Below are positions 36,122 through 45,940 of a DNA stretch of 64,000 nt, in pieces. The position numbers and the translations under genes are program-made. This DNA is from an uncultured Flavobacteriales bacterium (GTDB taxonomy: Bacteria; Bacteroidota; Bacteroidia; Flavobacteriales; Flavobacteriaceae). Positions within the stretch are counted from its first letter, which is position 1. The number at the start of each line of letters is the position of its first letter. Under the pieces are notes generated by a model that was not told the DNA's origin, made no database searches, and worked only from the letters and a program-made list of their open reading frames with translations. The DNA lies in the NCBI GenBank assembly GCA_963976005.1, contig CAXBJF010000011.1:11276-75275 (forward strand), given 5' to 3'.

Positions 36122-36721
36122 ATGAGAGAAAAAATATTAATTAACGCTCAAGAATTATTTTTAAACTACGGGTTTAAAAGTATTACCATGGATGATATTT
36201 CCAATCATATTGGAATATCCAAGAAAACCATTTACCAACATTTTGAAAACAAAACCACTCTTGTAGAGGCTGTTTCTTTGCATGTTTTTGATACTATTTC
36301 TTGTGGGATAGGTGATATCTGTTCATTAAAAAAGAACCCTATTGATGAGATCTACGACATTAAACAATTTGTAATGGAACATTTAAAGGATGAAAAATCT
36401 TCTCCTCAATATCAGTTACAAAAATATTATCCAAGAATCTTCAGCACACTTAAAAAGAAGCAATTTGAAATGATGCAAGACTGTGTTAAAGACAATCTTA
36501 ACAGGGGTATAGATCAGGGATTATATCTTAAATCAATTAACGTAGAATTTATATCTAGAATCTATTTTAACTCAATGACTGCATTAAAAGATAAAGAGCT
36601 CTTCCCGTTAGATAATTTTTCAATGAATACCCTCATGGAGTATTATTTGGAGTATCATTTAAGGGGAATTTGTACTGAAAAAGGACTCTTAACATTAAAC
36701 AAATTCATCAAAAATCACTAA
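36122..36721 (+). CDS. TetR/AcrR family regulator
   Basis: 'GFKSITMDDISNHIGISKKTIYQHF.NK' HTH. Confidence 0.93.
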   Translation: MREKILINAQELFLNYGFKSITMDDISNHIGISKKTIYQHFENKTTLVEAVSLHVFDTISCGIGDICSLKKNPIDEIYDIKQFVMEHLKDEKSSPQYQLQKYYPRIFSTLKKKQFEMMQDCVKDNLNRGIDQGLYLKSINVEFISRIYFNSMTALKDKELFPLDNFSMNTLMEYYLEYHLRGICTEKGLLTLNKFIKNH

Positions 36722-36727
36722 TATAAA

Positions 36728-38071
36728 ATGACAAGTAAAAAAATATTCATCCTAACATTTCTTATGTCTTCTATGGTGTTCTCACAAGAAGTCGTGCAAA
36801 GTTTTAGTTTACAACAAGCTATAAATTACGCCATGGAACATAACAGGACAGCAAAAAATGCAGCCAGTGACATTGAGGCTGCAGAGAAACAAAAATGGGA
36901 AACCACAGCAACAGGTTTGCCACAAATAAGTGCATCCATAGATTACAGTAAATGGCTGCAACAACAATTGGCATTGATCCCAGCAGAGTTTCTTGGAGGT
37001 GCTTCAGGTGAATTTGTAGAAGTTCCCTTTGGAACCAAACAATCTGTAAATGCAACCGTTATTTTAAATCAAAAGATTTTTGATGGCTCGTATTTGGTAG
37101 GCTTGCAATCGGCAAAAGTGTTTTTGGAAATTTCAAGAAACGCCAAGGAAAAAACCGATTTGGAAATCAGGAAAGCCGTTATCAATGCTTATGGCAATGT
37201 CTTGCTTGCCGAAGAAAGTGTTCTTATTCTTGAACGAAATAAAGCCGTTTTGGAAAAAAACCTATATGAATTGACCAAGATTTACGAAAATGGCCTGGAA
37301 GAAGAAGAAAGTGTTGAACAATTGCAAATCACCTTATCTGGTGTTGAAAGTTCTTTAAAAAACACCTTGCGCTTAAAAACACTTTCCTATCAAATGCTAA
37401 ACATTACCATGGGACTGGATATTTACAGTAAAACCATTCTTACCGACAGTCTTGAAAACCTAACCATAAAAAACATGTCGCTGGAGTTACTTGAAACAGA
37501 GGGCACCGTTGAAAGCAATATTGATTACATGATTGCCGAAAATGATAAAAAGGCCAAAGAACTATTGCTAAAATTAGAAAAAAGCAAGGCTCTGCCTACT
37601 CTAAATGCATTTATAAATGGCGTTTATGATGGCTATGACGATAATTTTAAATTTTTACAAAAAGAACAAGATTGGTTAGGGTCTTCTTTGATTGGGGTAA
37701 GAATGAATATTCCCATATTCAGCTCATTTGGCAGAAGTGCCGCAACCCAACGGGCCAAAATAAACCTTGAAAAAGCGGAAAATGATTTAACTGAAGCCGA
37801 ACAACAGATACGCCTTAAAATTGCTTTGGCAAAAAGCGATTACCAATTTGCAGTTGAAGACTATTCAAATAAAAAGGAAAATTTAAACTTAGCAGAACGC
37901 ATTGAAGAAAAAAATCAAACAAAATTTTTTGAAGGCATCTCCTCTAGTTTCGATTTAAGACAAGCACAAACACAACTATACTCAGCACAGCAAGAATTTT
38001 TACAGGCCATGCTTAATGTAATTAACAACAAAGCAGGGCTTGAAACCATATTAAACACCATAAATAATTAA
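36728..38071 (+). CDS. TolC family outer-membrane efflux protein
   Basis: Signal peptide; two OEP repeats ('LPQISAS', 'LPTLNAF', 'F.EG..SS.DL'). Confidence 0.9.
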   Translation: MTSKKIFILTFLMSSMVFSQEVVQSFSLQQAINYAMEHNRTAKNAASDIEAAEKQKWETTATGLPQISASIDYSKWLQQQLALIPAEFLGGASGEFVEVPFGTKQSVNATVILNQKIFDGSYLVGLQSAKVFLEISRNAKEKTDLEIRKAVINAYGNVLLAEESVLILERNKAVLEKNLYELTKIYENGLEEEESVEQLQITLSGVESSLKNTLRLKTLSYQMLNITMGLDIYSKTILTDSLENLTIKNMSLELLETEGTVESNIDYMIAENDKKAKELLLKLEKSKALPTLNAFINGVYDGYDDNFKFLQKEQDWLGSSLIGVRMNIPIFSSFGRSAATQRAKINLEKAENDLTEAEQQIRLKIALAKSDYQFAVEDYSNKKENLNLAERIEEKNQTKFFEGISSSFDLRQAQTQLYSAQQEFLQAMLNVINNKAGLETILNTINN

Positions 38072-38085
38072 AATCAACTAAAAAC

Positions 38086-39264
38086 ATGAAACATATAGTA
38101 TCAATTATAATCATTGCCTTTGTTTTTTCTTCATGTGGAGGAGAAAAGAAACAGTCTGTAGAATCCATTATTGCAACAAATAATCTGGAAAAAATAAGAG
38201 CCAAGAAAAACTTATTGGATGCCGAACAGCAACAGCTAAATTCTGAATTAAAACAATTGGAAATAAAAATCAAAGAATTAGACCCGTTAGAAAAAATTCC
38301 ATTAGTAACCACCTTTTCTGCCAAAGAAGATGTTTTTACTCATTACCTGGAGCTACAAGGTAACGTGAGCACCAAACAAAATTTAGTTATTTATCCAGAG
38401 TTTTCAGGGGTTTTAACTCATGTGTACGTTAAGGATGGACAACCTGTAACAAAAGGACAAATATTGGCAAAAATTGATGATGGTGGATTAAATCAACAAG
38501 TTTCTCAATTTAAAATTCAGGCTGAATTGGCTAAAACCACGTTTGAGCGTCAAGAGCGATTATGGAATCAAAAAATTGGAAGTGAAATACAATATTTGCA
38601 GGCCAAATCAATGTATGAAAGTCAACAAAAAGCAGTAAACCAATTACAACAACAAATTGAAAGAACGGTAGTAAGGGCTCCATTTTCAGGAACTATTGAT
38701 GATGTCATAACAGAACAAGGCAGTGTTGTAGCCCCAGGACAAACGGCACTTTTCAGAATTGTAAATCTTAACAATATGTACATAGAAACTGAAGTGCCCG
38801 AACGTTATATATCTGACGTAACATTAGGTAAGGAAGTTTTGGTTGAATTCCCAATATTAGGGACTTCATTGGTTTCAAAAGTTCGTCAAGCCGGAAATTT
38901 CATTAATCCTGCAAACAGAACATTCAAAGTGGAGGTAGCTGTTCCGAATAAGGACAAAAATATAAAGCCCAACCTTACTGCTAAACTTAAAATTAACGAT
39001 TACACAAACCATAAGTCTATATTAGTCCCACAAAGTATTATTTCTGAAAATGCTGAAGGAGATCAATATGTGTATACGGTAATCAATAAAACTGAAAACA
39101 AAGGAAATGCTAAACAAGTTATTATTCAAACCGGAAAAACTCAAGGCGATTTTATTGAAATACTTAGCGGTTTGGAAAACGGAAATGAAATAATTCAAGA
39201 AGGTGCGCGAAGTGTGAAAGATGGGCAAGAAATAAAAATTCTTGTCGTTAATGGGTCAAATTAA
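38086..39264 (+). CDS. RND efflux periplasmic adaptor (MFP) lipoprotein
   Basis: Lipobox FSSC; 'VKDGQPVTKGQILAKID', 'VRAPFSG' and 'RTFKV'. Confidence 0.92.
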   Translation: MKHIVSIIIIAFVFSSCGGEKKQSVESIIATNNLEKIRAKKNLLDAEQQQLNSELKQLEIKIKELDPLEKIPLVTTFSAKEDVFTHYLELQGNVSTKQNLVIYPEFSGVLTHVYVKDGQPVTKGQILAKIDDGGLNQQVSQFKIQAELAKTTFERQERLWNQKIGSEIQYLQAKSMYESQQKAVNQLQQQIERTVVRAPFSGTIDDVITEQGSVVAPGQTALFRIVNLNNMYIETEVPERYISDVTLGKEVLVEFPILGTSLVSKVRQAGNFINPANRTFKVEVAVPNKDKNIKPNLTAKLKINDYTNHKSILVPQSIISENAEGDQYVYTVINKTENKGNAKQVIIQTGKTQGDFIEILSGLENGNEIIQEGARSVKDGQEIKILVVNGSN

Positions 39265-39287
39265 TTCAAATCCTTAAAGCTTAAAAA

Positions 39288-42200
39288 ATGAGTAAAATAA
39301 AAAAACAAGTAGATAAGGAGTTTGGATTATCCTCTTGGGCTATTAATAACAAAACAACTATGTATGTTTTAATAACCCTTATCTTAATTCTAGGTGTAAG
39401 CGCATATTATAGTATGCCCAGGGAAAGTTTTCCTGAAATTAAAGAAACTAAAATTTACGTTAGCTCCATATATCCGGGAAATACTGCTGAAGATGTGGAA
39501 AAGCTGATTACAGATCCCATTGAAGAAAAACTAAAAACAGTAAGCAATGTTATTAAAATAACATCAACCAGTCAAGAAGATTATTCCATTATAATTGTTG
39601 AATTTGACGAAAACATCTCGGTTGAAACTGCCAAACAAAAAGTAAAGGACGAAATAGATTCTAAAACTTCAGGTGAAGACTGGCCAACCTTTAATGGTGC
39701 CAAGGTTACACCTAATGTTTTTGATTTAAGTATGTCTGAAGAAATCCCTATTTTGAACATTAATATTTCAGGCGATTATCCAACAGAAAAATTAAAAGAG
39801 TATGGGGAATATTTAGAAGATGAGATAGAAAGTCTTCAAGAAATTAAACAGGTAGATATTCGTGGGGCACAAGAAAAAGAAGTTGAAGTTGCCGTAGATA
39901 TCTACAAAATGATGGCTGCTCAAGTAAGCTTTAATGATGTAATAAGCACCATTAACAATGAAAACATGACCATGTCTGCCGGCAATTTAATTACAAGCGG
40001 GCAACGTCGTACTGTTAGAATTCTTGGTGAGATTGATAAACCAAGTGATTTAGAAAATTTTGTGGTGAAATCTGAACAAAACAATCCCATTTATCTTAAA
40101 GATATTGCTAAAGTCACTTTTAAGGACGAAGATAAAACAACGTACGCCAGAGAATTCGGCAAACCCGTTGTGATGCTTGATGTTAAAAAACGTGCCGGAA
40201 AAAACATGGTTGAAGCTGTTGACCAAATTAAAGCTATTGTTGATAAAGCCATTACCAATGTATTCCCACCAGACCTAAAAGTTACCATCTCAAACGATCA
40301 GTCATCAAAAACTATTGGTCAGGTTGATGACTTGGTTAATAACATCTTTTTCGGAATCATTCTGGTAGTAACCGTATTAATGTTCTTTTTAGGTTTTAAA
40401 AACGCACTATTTGTTGGTTTCGCCATTCCCATGTCTATGTTTATGTCGCTTATGATATTAAATCTTTTGGGATACACCATGAATACCATGATTCTATTTG
40501 GTTTAATTATGGGCTTAGGAATGCTGGTTGATAATGGTATTGTTGTGGTTGAAAATGTGTACCGATTAATGACCGGTGAAGGCATGAACCGGATTGAAGC
40601 TGCAAAAAAAGGAATTGGTGAAATTGCTTTCCCTATCATCATTTCAACAGCTACAACAGTAGCAGCATTTATACCGCTGGGTTTATGGCCAGGAGTTATG
40701 GGAGAGTTTATGGTTTATTTTCCAATAACACTGTCAGTGGTATTAGGGTCGTCCTTATTTGTGGCCATATTCTTTAACTCCGTGATGGTTTCTCAATTTA
40801 TGACCACGGAAGATAAAAATCTACCCTTAAATCAAATCATCAAATTATCAGGCACCATAGCCTTTATAGGTATCTTGGTTTTTATTTTTGGAGGTAGTTA
40901 TCGAGGGTTAGGAACATTAATGGTGATCACTTCCATAATGCTATGGGTCTATAGACTTTTCTTAAGAAAATGGGCCAATCACTTTCAAAATGACATTTTA
41001 CCAAAATATGAACGTTTGTATGAAAGAACCTTAAGAGCCGCTTTAAAAGGAAAACGCCCTATATGGATTAGCATTGGTACTTTTGCCTTACTCATCATAG
41101 CTTTTGCAGGTTTTGGAGCTTCCATTGGCAGCCAAAGGACTAAAGTGGAGTTTTTTCCAGACAACACGCCTAACCAAATTATTGTTTATATAGAATACCC
41201 AGAAGGCACTGATATTAACAAAACCAATGATGTTACAAAAGATATTGAACAACGAGTATATAAAATAATTAATGATCCCATTTACAAAGATGGTGATTAT
41301 AATTTTTTAACTGAAAGTGCTGTTTCTCAAGTTGGTGAAGGCGCAGGGAACCCTGAAACTGATGGTGGTTCTGCTGCTGAAATGCCACACCGCGCAAAAA
41401 TCACTGCTTCCATGCGTGAATATAAATATAGGCGAGGTGCTGACAGCAATCTGGTTCTTAAAAAAATTCAGGAAGATCTAAAAGATATTTATCCTGGTGT
41501 TGCCATTTCTGTTGAAAAAGAAAACGTTGGCCCTCCGGCAGGCTATCCCATTAACATTGAATTAGAAGGTGAAGACTATGCTGAATTGATAAATGCGGCT
41601 GAAAAAATGCGAAACTTCTTAAACCTACAAAACATCCCTGGCATTGATGAATTAAAAATTGATGTAAATAAATCAAAACCTTCCATGCAAGTGCATGTTG
41701 ATAGGAAAAAAGCAGGTGAACTTGGTGTTTCTTCAGGACAAGTTGGACAACAATTACGTAATTCAATTTTCGGGGCTAAAGCTGGCATTTATAAAGAAAA
41801 TGGCGAAGATTATGACATTTATGTGCGTTTTAATGAAGAAAACAGATATAATACAAGCGCCATTTTCAATCAGAAAATAACCTTTAGGGATCCAGCGTCA
41901 GGACAAATAAAGGAAATTCCAGTATCTGCTGTTGCCAAACAAAATAATACGTCTGGTTTTAGCGCCATTAAACATAAAAATGTAAAGCGTGTGGTAACTT
42001 TGTATTCTGCGCTTTCGCCAGGATTTACTGATGCTGGTGCCATTGTTGCAAAAATTCAACATGAAATGCAAAGTTTCACAGAAAAACCGGATAATGTAAA
42101 AATTGATTTTACGGGACAAATTGAAGAACAAAATAAGCAGATGGCCTTTTTAATGAGCGCGTTTTTTATAGGTTTAGGTTTGATTTTCTTTATTTTAATA

Positions 42201-42782
42201 TTCCAGTTTAACTCAGTTTCAAAACCAGGCATTATCATGCTCGCCATTTTCTTAAGTTTAATAGGGGTTTTTGGCGGTTTGATTATTACTGGTGCTTCCT
42301 TTGTTATTATGATGACCATGATGGGCATTATTTCATTGGCAGGTATCGTGGTAAATAATGGCGTTGTATTACTGGACTACACGCAATTATTAATAGACAG
42401 AAAGAAAGTAAAACATTTGTTGGATGACCATCAATATTTAGAGAAAGAAGATTTGTTGGATGCCATTATTAAAGGTGGAAAAGCACGTTTAAGACCTGTA
42501 TTATTGACTGCCATTACCACCATTTTAGGATTAATCCCTCTTGCAACAGGCTTAAATATTGATTTCTTTACCTTCTTTAGTGATTTTGATGCCAATATTT
42601 ATGTAGGGGGTGATAACGTAATTTTTTGGGGGCCATTAGCGTGGACGGTTATTTACGGATTATTCATTGCAACATTTTTAACATTGATTGTGGTGCCTAT
42701 TTTATTCTATTTAGTAACCAGATTTAAAATGTGGTTATTTAAAGATAGAGTCGTTAGTAATAAAAATATTGCTGCAGAATAA
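39288..42782 (+). CDS. RND (AcrB/HAE1-like) efflux permease
   Basis: 'GMLVDNGIVVVEN', 'GIVVNNGVVLLD' and 'RLRPVLLTAITT'. Confidence 0.95.
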   Translation: MSKIKKQVDKEFGLSSWAINNKTTMYVLITLILILGVSAYYSMPRESFPEIKETKIYVSSIYPGNTAEDVEKLITDPIEEKLKTVSNVIKITSTSQEDYSIIIVEFDENISVETAKQKVKDEIDSKTSGEDWPTFNGAKVTPNVFDLSMSEEIPILNINISGDYPTEKLKEYGEYLEDEIESLQEIKQVDIRGAQEKEVEVAVDIYKMMAAQVSFNDVISTINNENMTMSAGNLITSGQRRTVRILGEIDKPSDLENFVVKSEQNNPIYLKDIAKVTFKDEDKTTYAREFGKPVVMLDVKKRAGKNMVEAVDQIKAIVDKAITNVFPPDLKVTISNDQSSKTIGQVDDLVNNIFFGIILVVTVLMFFLGFKNALFVGFAIPMSMFMSLMILNLLGYTMNTMILFGLIMGLGMLVDNGIVVVENVYRLMTGEGMNRIEAAKKGIGEIAFPIIISTATTVAAFIPLGLWPGVMGEFMVYFPITLSVVLGSSLFVAIFFNSVMVSQFMTTEDKNLPLNQIIKLSGTIAFIGILVFIFGGSYRGLGTLMVITSIMLWVYRLFLRKWANHFQNDILPKYERLYERTLRAALKGKRPIWISIGTFALLIIAFAGFGASIGSQRTKVEFFPDNTPNQIIVYIEYPEGTDINKTNDVTKDIEQRVYKIINDPIYKDGDYNFLTESAVSQVGEGAGNPETDGGSAAEMPHRAKITASMREYKYRRGADSNLVLKKIQEDLKDIYPGVAISVEKENVGPPAGYPINIELEGEDYAELINAAEKMRNFLNLQNIPGIDELKIDVNKSKPSMQVHVDRKKAGELGVSSGQVGQQLRNSIFGAKAGIYKENGEDYDIYVRFNEENRYNTSAIFNQKITFRDPASGQIKEIPVSAVAKQNNTSGFSAIKHKNVKRVVTLYSALSPGFTDAGAIVAKIQHEMQSFTEKPDNVKIDFTGQIEEQNKQMAFLMSAFFIGLGLIFFILIFQFNSVSKPGIIMLAIFLSLIGVFGGLIITGASFVIMMTMMGIISLAGIVVNNGVVLLDYTQLLIDRKKVKHLLDDHQYLEKEDLLDAIIKGGKARLRPVLLTAITTILGLIPLATGLNIDFFTFFSDFDANIYVGGDNVIFWGPLAWTVIYGLFIATFLTLIVVPILFYLVTRFKMWLFKDRVVSNKNIAAE

Positions 42783-42810
42783 AAATATAACTTTATTTTA
42801 AAACAAAAAA

Positions 42811-43028
42811 GAGGCTGTATAAAAAGTCTTTATTATTGATTTGTCAGGTTGAGCCTGTGCTGATCGAAGCCGAAGTCTCGTTACGTTTCCTTATAACTTC
42901 TACAGGCTCGACTTGACATAGTTGTTCTTTTCCTTATTGCTTCGACAGGCTCAGCTTGACAACTGTTTTCTATCGGAGCAAAGTCGAAGTACTCAATATG
43001 ACTTTAGAATTCACTTTTTATACAGCCT
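42811..43028. repeat. Family A TIR element with a different internal cargo
   Basis: Perfect 16-bp TIR AGGCTGTATAAAAAGT / ACTTTTTATACAGCCT; inside are GTCAGGTTGAGCCTGT (42843) and two inverted 21-nt units at 42897 and 42940. Confidence 0.8.
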
Positions 43029-43061
43029 TATTTTTTTAGTGGTGAGATTTTAGATTAATGG

Positions 43062-45752
43062 TTAAAACTTAAAAGTAATACCGCCATTAAAGGTTGTTCC
43101 ATTAAATCCAAACTGGTTGACTTCCCAAGGATATTTAAAACGTCCACCAAGATCAGTTACAAAGTCACCTTTGGTATCAATCACATCTGGATACACATTT
43201 AATAAATTACTCACGGAAGCATTCAATGAAAATTTATTGGAGATTTCAAAATTAATAATTATGTCTGTAAGGATTTTTCCAGCAAAGGTTTGATCGTAGG
43301 CAGAATCTTCAATAGGAAGATTAGCCCCTCCAGGGCCTAATGGCGCTCCATTTAATCCATTGTTTGAATGTTGCCAGCTTACTTCCCCAAAATAGGTGTT
43401 GTTTAATGCAAAATTCCATTTGTTAATGTTATAATCAAGCCCTAGAAGTATTTTAGATTTTGGTCTGGCAGATGTAATTCTAGATTGTTCTTTTCTATTA
43501 AATATATCATAACCATTGTCCGCCAATAACTTCGGTGTTCCAATTTGTCCGTCAATTTTAGTATCATTAAAATTAGCGGCTAAGGTCGCACCCAATTTCC
43601 CATTTCCTAATTCAATGTTTGAATAACTAACCACTAAATCAACTCCTGTTGTATTGGTGTTTACGGCATTTACAAAGAATTTTAAACTGGTTATTGAATT
43701 GTCCAACAAAATTTGTTCTACAGGGTTCGTAGTACCTGAATCCCCATCAAAACCAATTTCCCCTGTAAATAGCACTCGGTTATCAACTTTAACATTATAG
43801 AAATCTACAGATAATGATAAATTAGATACTGGTTTATATGTAAAACCTGCTGATATATTTTTAGAAGTTTCTGCCGTTAATTGAGGCACTCCCAAACCTT
43901 CTCTAATAATTGGATCTACATTATTAAACGTTCCTTGGTTTGAAATTGTACCTCCAGAAACTAATGTTTGCACATTGCTTAAATAAATTTGATGTAACGA
44001 TGGTGCTCTAAAACCCGTACTGTATGAGGCCCTAATGGCACCTTTATCTCCTAATAAATACCTGCTGCTTACCTTCCAGGAAGTATTGTCTCCAAAATCA
44101 CTAAAATCTTCATACCTAACGGCTGCACCTATTAACAAGTTTTTGGTTAGTTCCCAATCTATGTCACCATAAACACCATAATTATTTCTGGTGGCATCAA
44201 CTGCATTACTTGGTTGCAACCCAGGAAATGATTGTGCTCCTCCAGCTCCAGTTGGGTTAAAATAAGACGCTGGCTCTCCTGCCTTGGCTGTAAAATTTTC
44301 TCCTTTAACTTCAGCTCCAAACCCAACACTTACCTGACCAAAATTTCTTGAAATATCTAAATTGGCAAGTATATTACTAAAAGTATAGGCCCCAACATCA
44401 AACGAGGTTGGACTGGCCGCCCCTAAATCTCTGTTAAGGCTATTATTTACGTTATAGTCCACCGCATTTCTGCCATAGGTTCCACTTAAATCAACATCAA
44501 AGCTAAACAGTTGCCATTTACTTCCCATGGTGATGCTGTTATCTCTAACATCGGTTTCAAAAGTAGGTTGGAATCCTTGGTACGTAGAACCAGCTTCATG
44601 CAATAAACTAAAAGGATCTGGAACCCAATACGGCGTTCTGTATAAAGCAAAACTAATTCCTGTCCTATAGGTTAACCCGCCAAAGGTATAAAACTCTCCA
44701 TTCCCACCTTTAAAGGGTATTGCTGCATTAAAAAACACATCCGTTTTTTTTAACTCTGGTTGCCCAACCGTCATTCCTAAATCTGGATTATCAGCTAACC
44801 ATGACCCCCAGGTAGGGTCATTGGCAGCAACTCCAAATAAAACATCGTCTCCAGGCGTTCCGGCTCTATTGGTTTTGTCTTGTTCATAATACCCCACGGT
44901 AAAATTTAAATACCCTCCATTATCTCCAATGTTAATTGCTGTGTTTAGATCAACTCCAAAATTAAAACCATCACCTTCAGTAGTTACTCCAGTACTAGCA
45001 TTAACAGTTGTATATTCAACATTCTTTTTTAGGACCATGTTAATAACCCCTGCTATAGCATCAGATCCATATTGTGCCGAAGCTCCATCGCGTAATACTT
45101 CAATTCTTTCTATGGCGGCCGCAGGGATACTTTTTAGGTCCACCCCAACTTCTCCTTTTCCTGGTGTATCATTAATGTACACTAAAGCGCTTTGGTTTTT
45201 ACGCTTTCCATTAACCAAAACCAATGTTCTACTAGGGCCTAAGCCTCTTAAATCTGCTGGGTCAAAATGTGCGGTAGCATCAGAAATTGCTTGATTGGTA
45301 GAATTAAATGACGGTACTTTATAAGTTAACATTTTATCAATTGTAGGTTGCCCCGTATTACGTAATTCATCAACCCCAATGTTATCAATTGGAACTGGTG
45401 AATCCAAAATGGTTCTAGGCTTTGATCTGTTTCCTACTAAAATAACTTCATCGAGGGCAACTCCTGCTTGCATTGTTACATTCAACACGTTTCCTGTAAC
45501 TGTAATTTCTTTCGAGTTAAAGCCAACATAAGTAATCACAAGTACGTCTCCTTTATTTGCTTTAATTGAATATTTTCCATCAAAATCGGCTGTTGTTCCT
45601 ATAGAGGTGCCTTTAATAACTATAGAAACTCCTGGCAAAGGTTGGGAAGAATCATCGAAAATTGTTCCAGAAACTTGTTGTGCTAAAACTACATTTGATG
45701 CTCCAAAAAACATTAAAAGTGTAAGCAATTTGATAGATAATAGTTTGTTCAT
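43062..45752 (-). CDS. TonB-dependent receptor with N-terminal carboxypeptidase-regulatory-like domain
   Basis: Signal peptide; plug 'LRGLGPSRTLVLVNGKR...IERIEVLRDGASAQYGSDAIAGVIN'; C-terminal F. Confidence 0.93.
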   Translation of the reverse strand: MNKLLSIKLLTLLMFFGASNVVLAQQVSGTIFDDSSQPLPGVSIVIKGTSIGTTADFDGKYSIKANKGDVLVITYVGFNSKEITVTGNVLNVTMQAGVALDEVILVGNRSKPRTILDSPVPIDNIGVDELRNTGQPTIDKMLTYKVPSFNSTNQAISDATAHFDPADLRGLGPSRTLVLVNGKRKNQSALVYINDTPGKGEVGVDLKSIPAAAIERIEVLRDGASAQYGSDAIAGVINMVLKKNVEYTTVNASTGVTTEGDGFNFGVDLNTAINIGDNGGYLNFTVGYYEQDKTNRAGTPGDDVLFGVAANDPTWGSWLADNPDLGMTVGQPELKKTDVFFNAAIPFKGGNGEFYTFGGLTYRTGISFALYRTPYWVPDPFSLLHEAGSTYQGFQPTFETDVRDNSITMGSKWQLFSFDVDLSGTYGRNAVDYNVNNSLNRDLGAASPTSFDVGAYTFSNILANLDISRNFGQVSVGFGAEVKGENFTAKAGEPASYFNPTGAGGAQSFPGLQPSNAVDATRNNYGVYGDIDWELTKNLLIGAAVRYEDFSDFGDNTSWKVSSRYLLGDKGAIRASYSTGFRAPSLHQIYLSNVQTLVSGGTISNQGTFNNVDPIIREGLGVPQLTAETSKNISAGFTYKPVSNLSLSVDFYNVKVDNRVLFTGEIGFDGDSGTTNPVEQILLDNSITSLKFFVNAVNTNTTGVDLVVSYSNIELGNGKLGATLAANFNDTKIDGQIGTPKLLADNGYDIFNRKEQSRITSARPKSKILLGLDYNINKWNFALNNTYFGEVSWQHSNNGLNGAPLGPGGANLPIEDSAYDQTFAGKILTDIIINFEISNKFSLNASVSNLLNVYPDVIDTKGDFVTDLGGRFKYPWEVNQFGFNGTTFNGGITFKF

Positions 45753-45886
45753 AATTTTTTATTTATTGAGTTAGTCATGCTAATATATCTAAATATTTTT
45801 TTAATAATCATCAAATACCTCCAGAATAATTATAAATTCTTTTATTAATGTTAAAAATATTACGAAAATGGCAATTTTGTAAATAC

Positions 45887-45916
45887 AAAAAACCTCAACA
45901 TGTGTTGAGGCTTTTT
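45887..45916 (-). terminator. Terminator between the two TBDR genes
   Basis: AAAAAA-CCTCAACA-TG-TGTTGAGG-CTTTTT. Confidence 0.7.
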
Positions 45917-45940
45917 CAATAATAAAAATAAATAATAATA

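Noticed and set aside
42897-42960. Two 21-nt direct repeats 43 bp apart as a mini-CRISPR
   Set aside because: Only two units plus an inverted third, enclosed in TIRs; no cas genes or leader. This fits a REP-like element.
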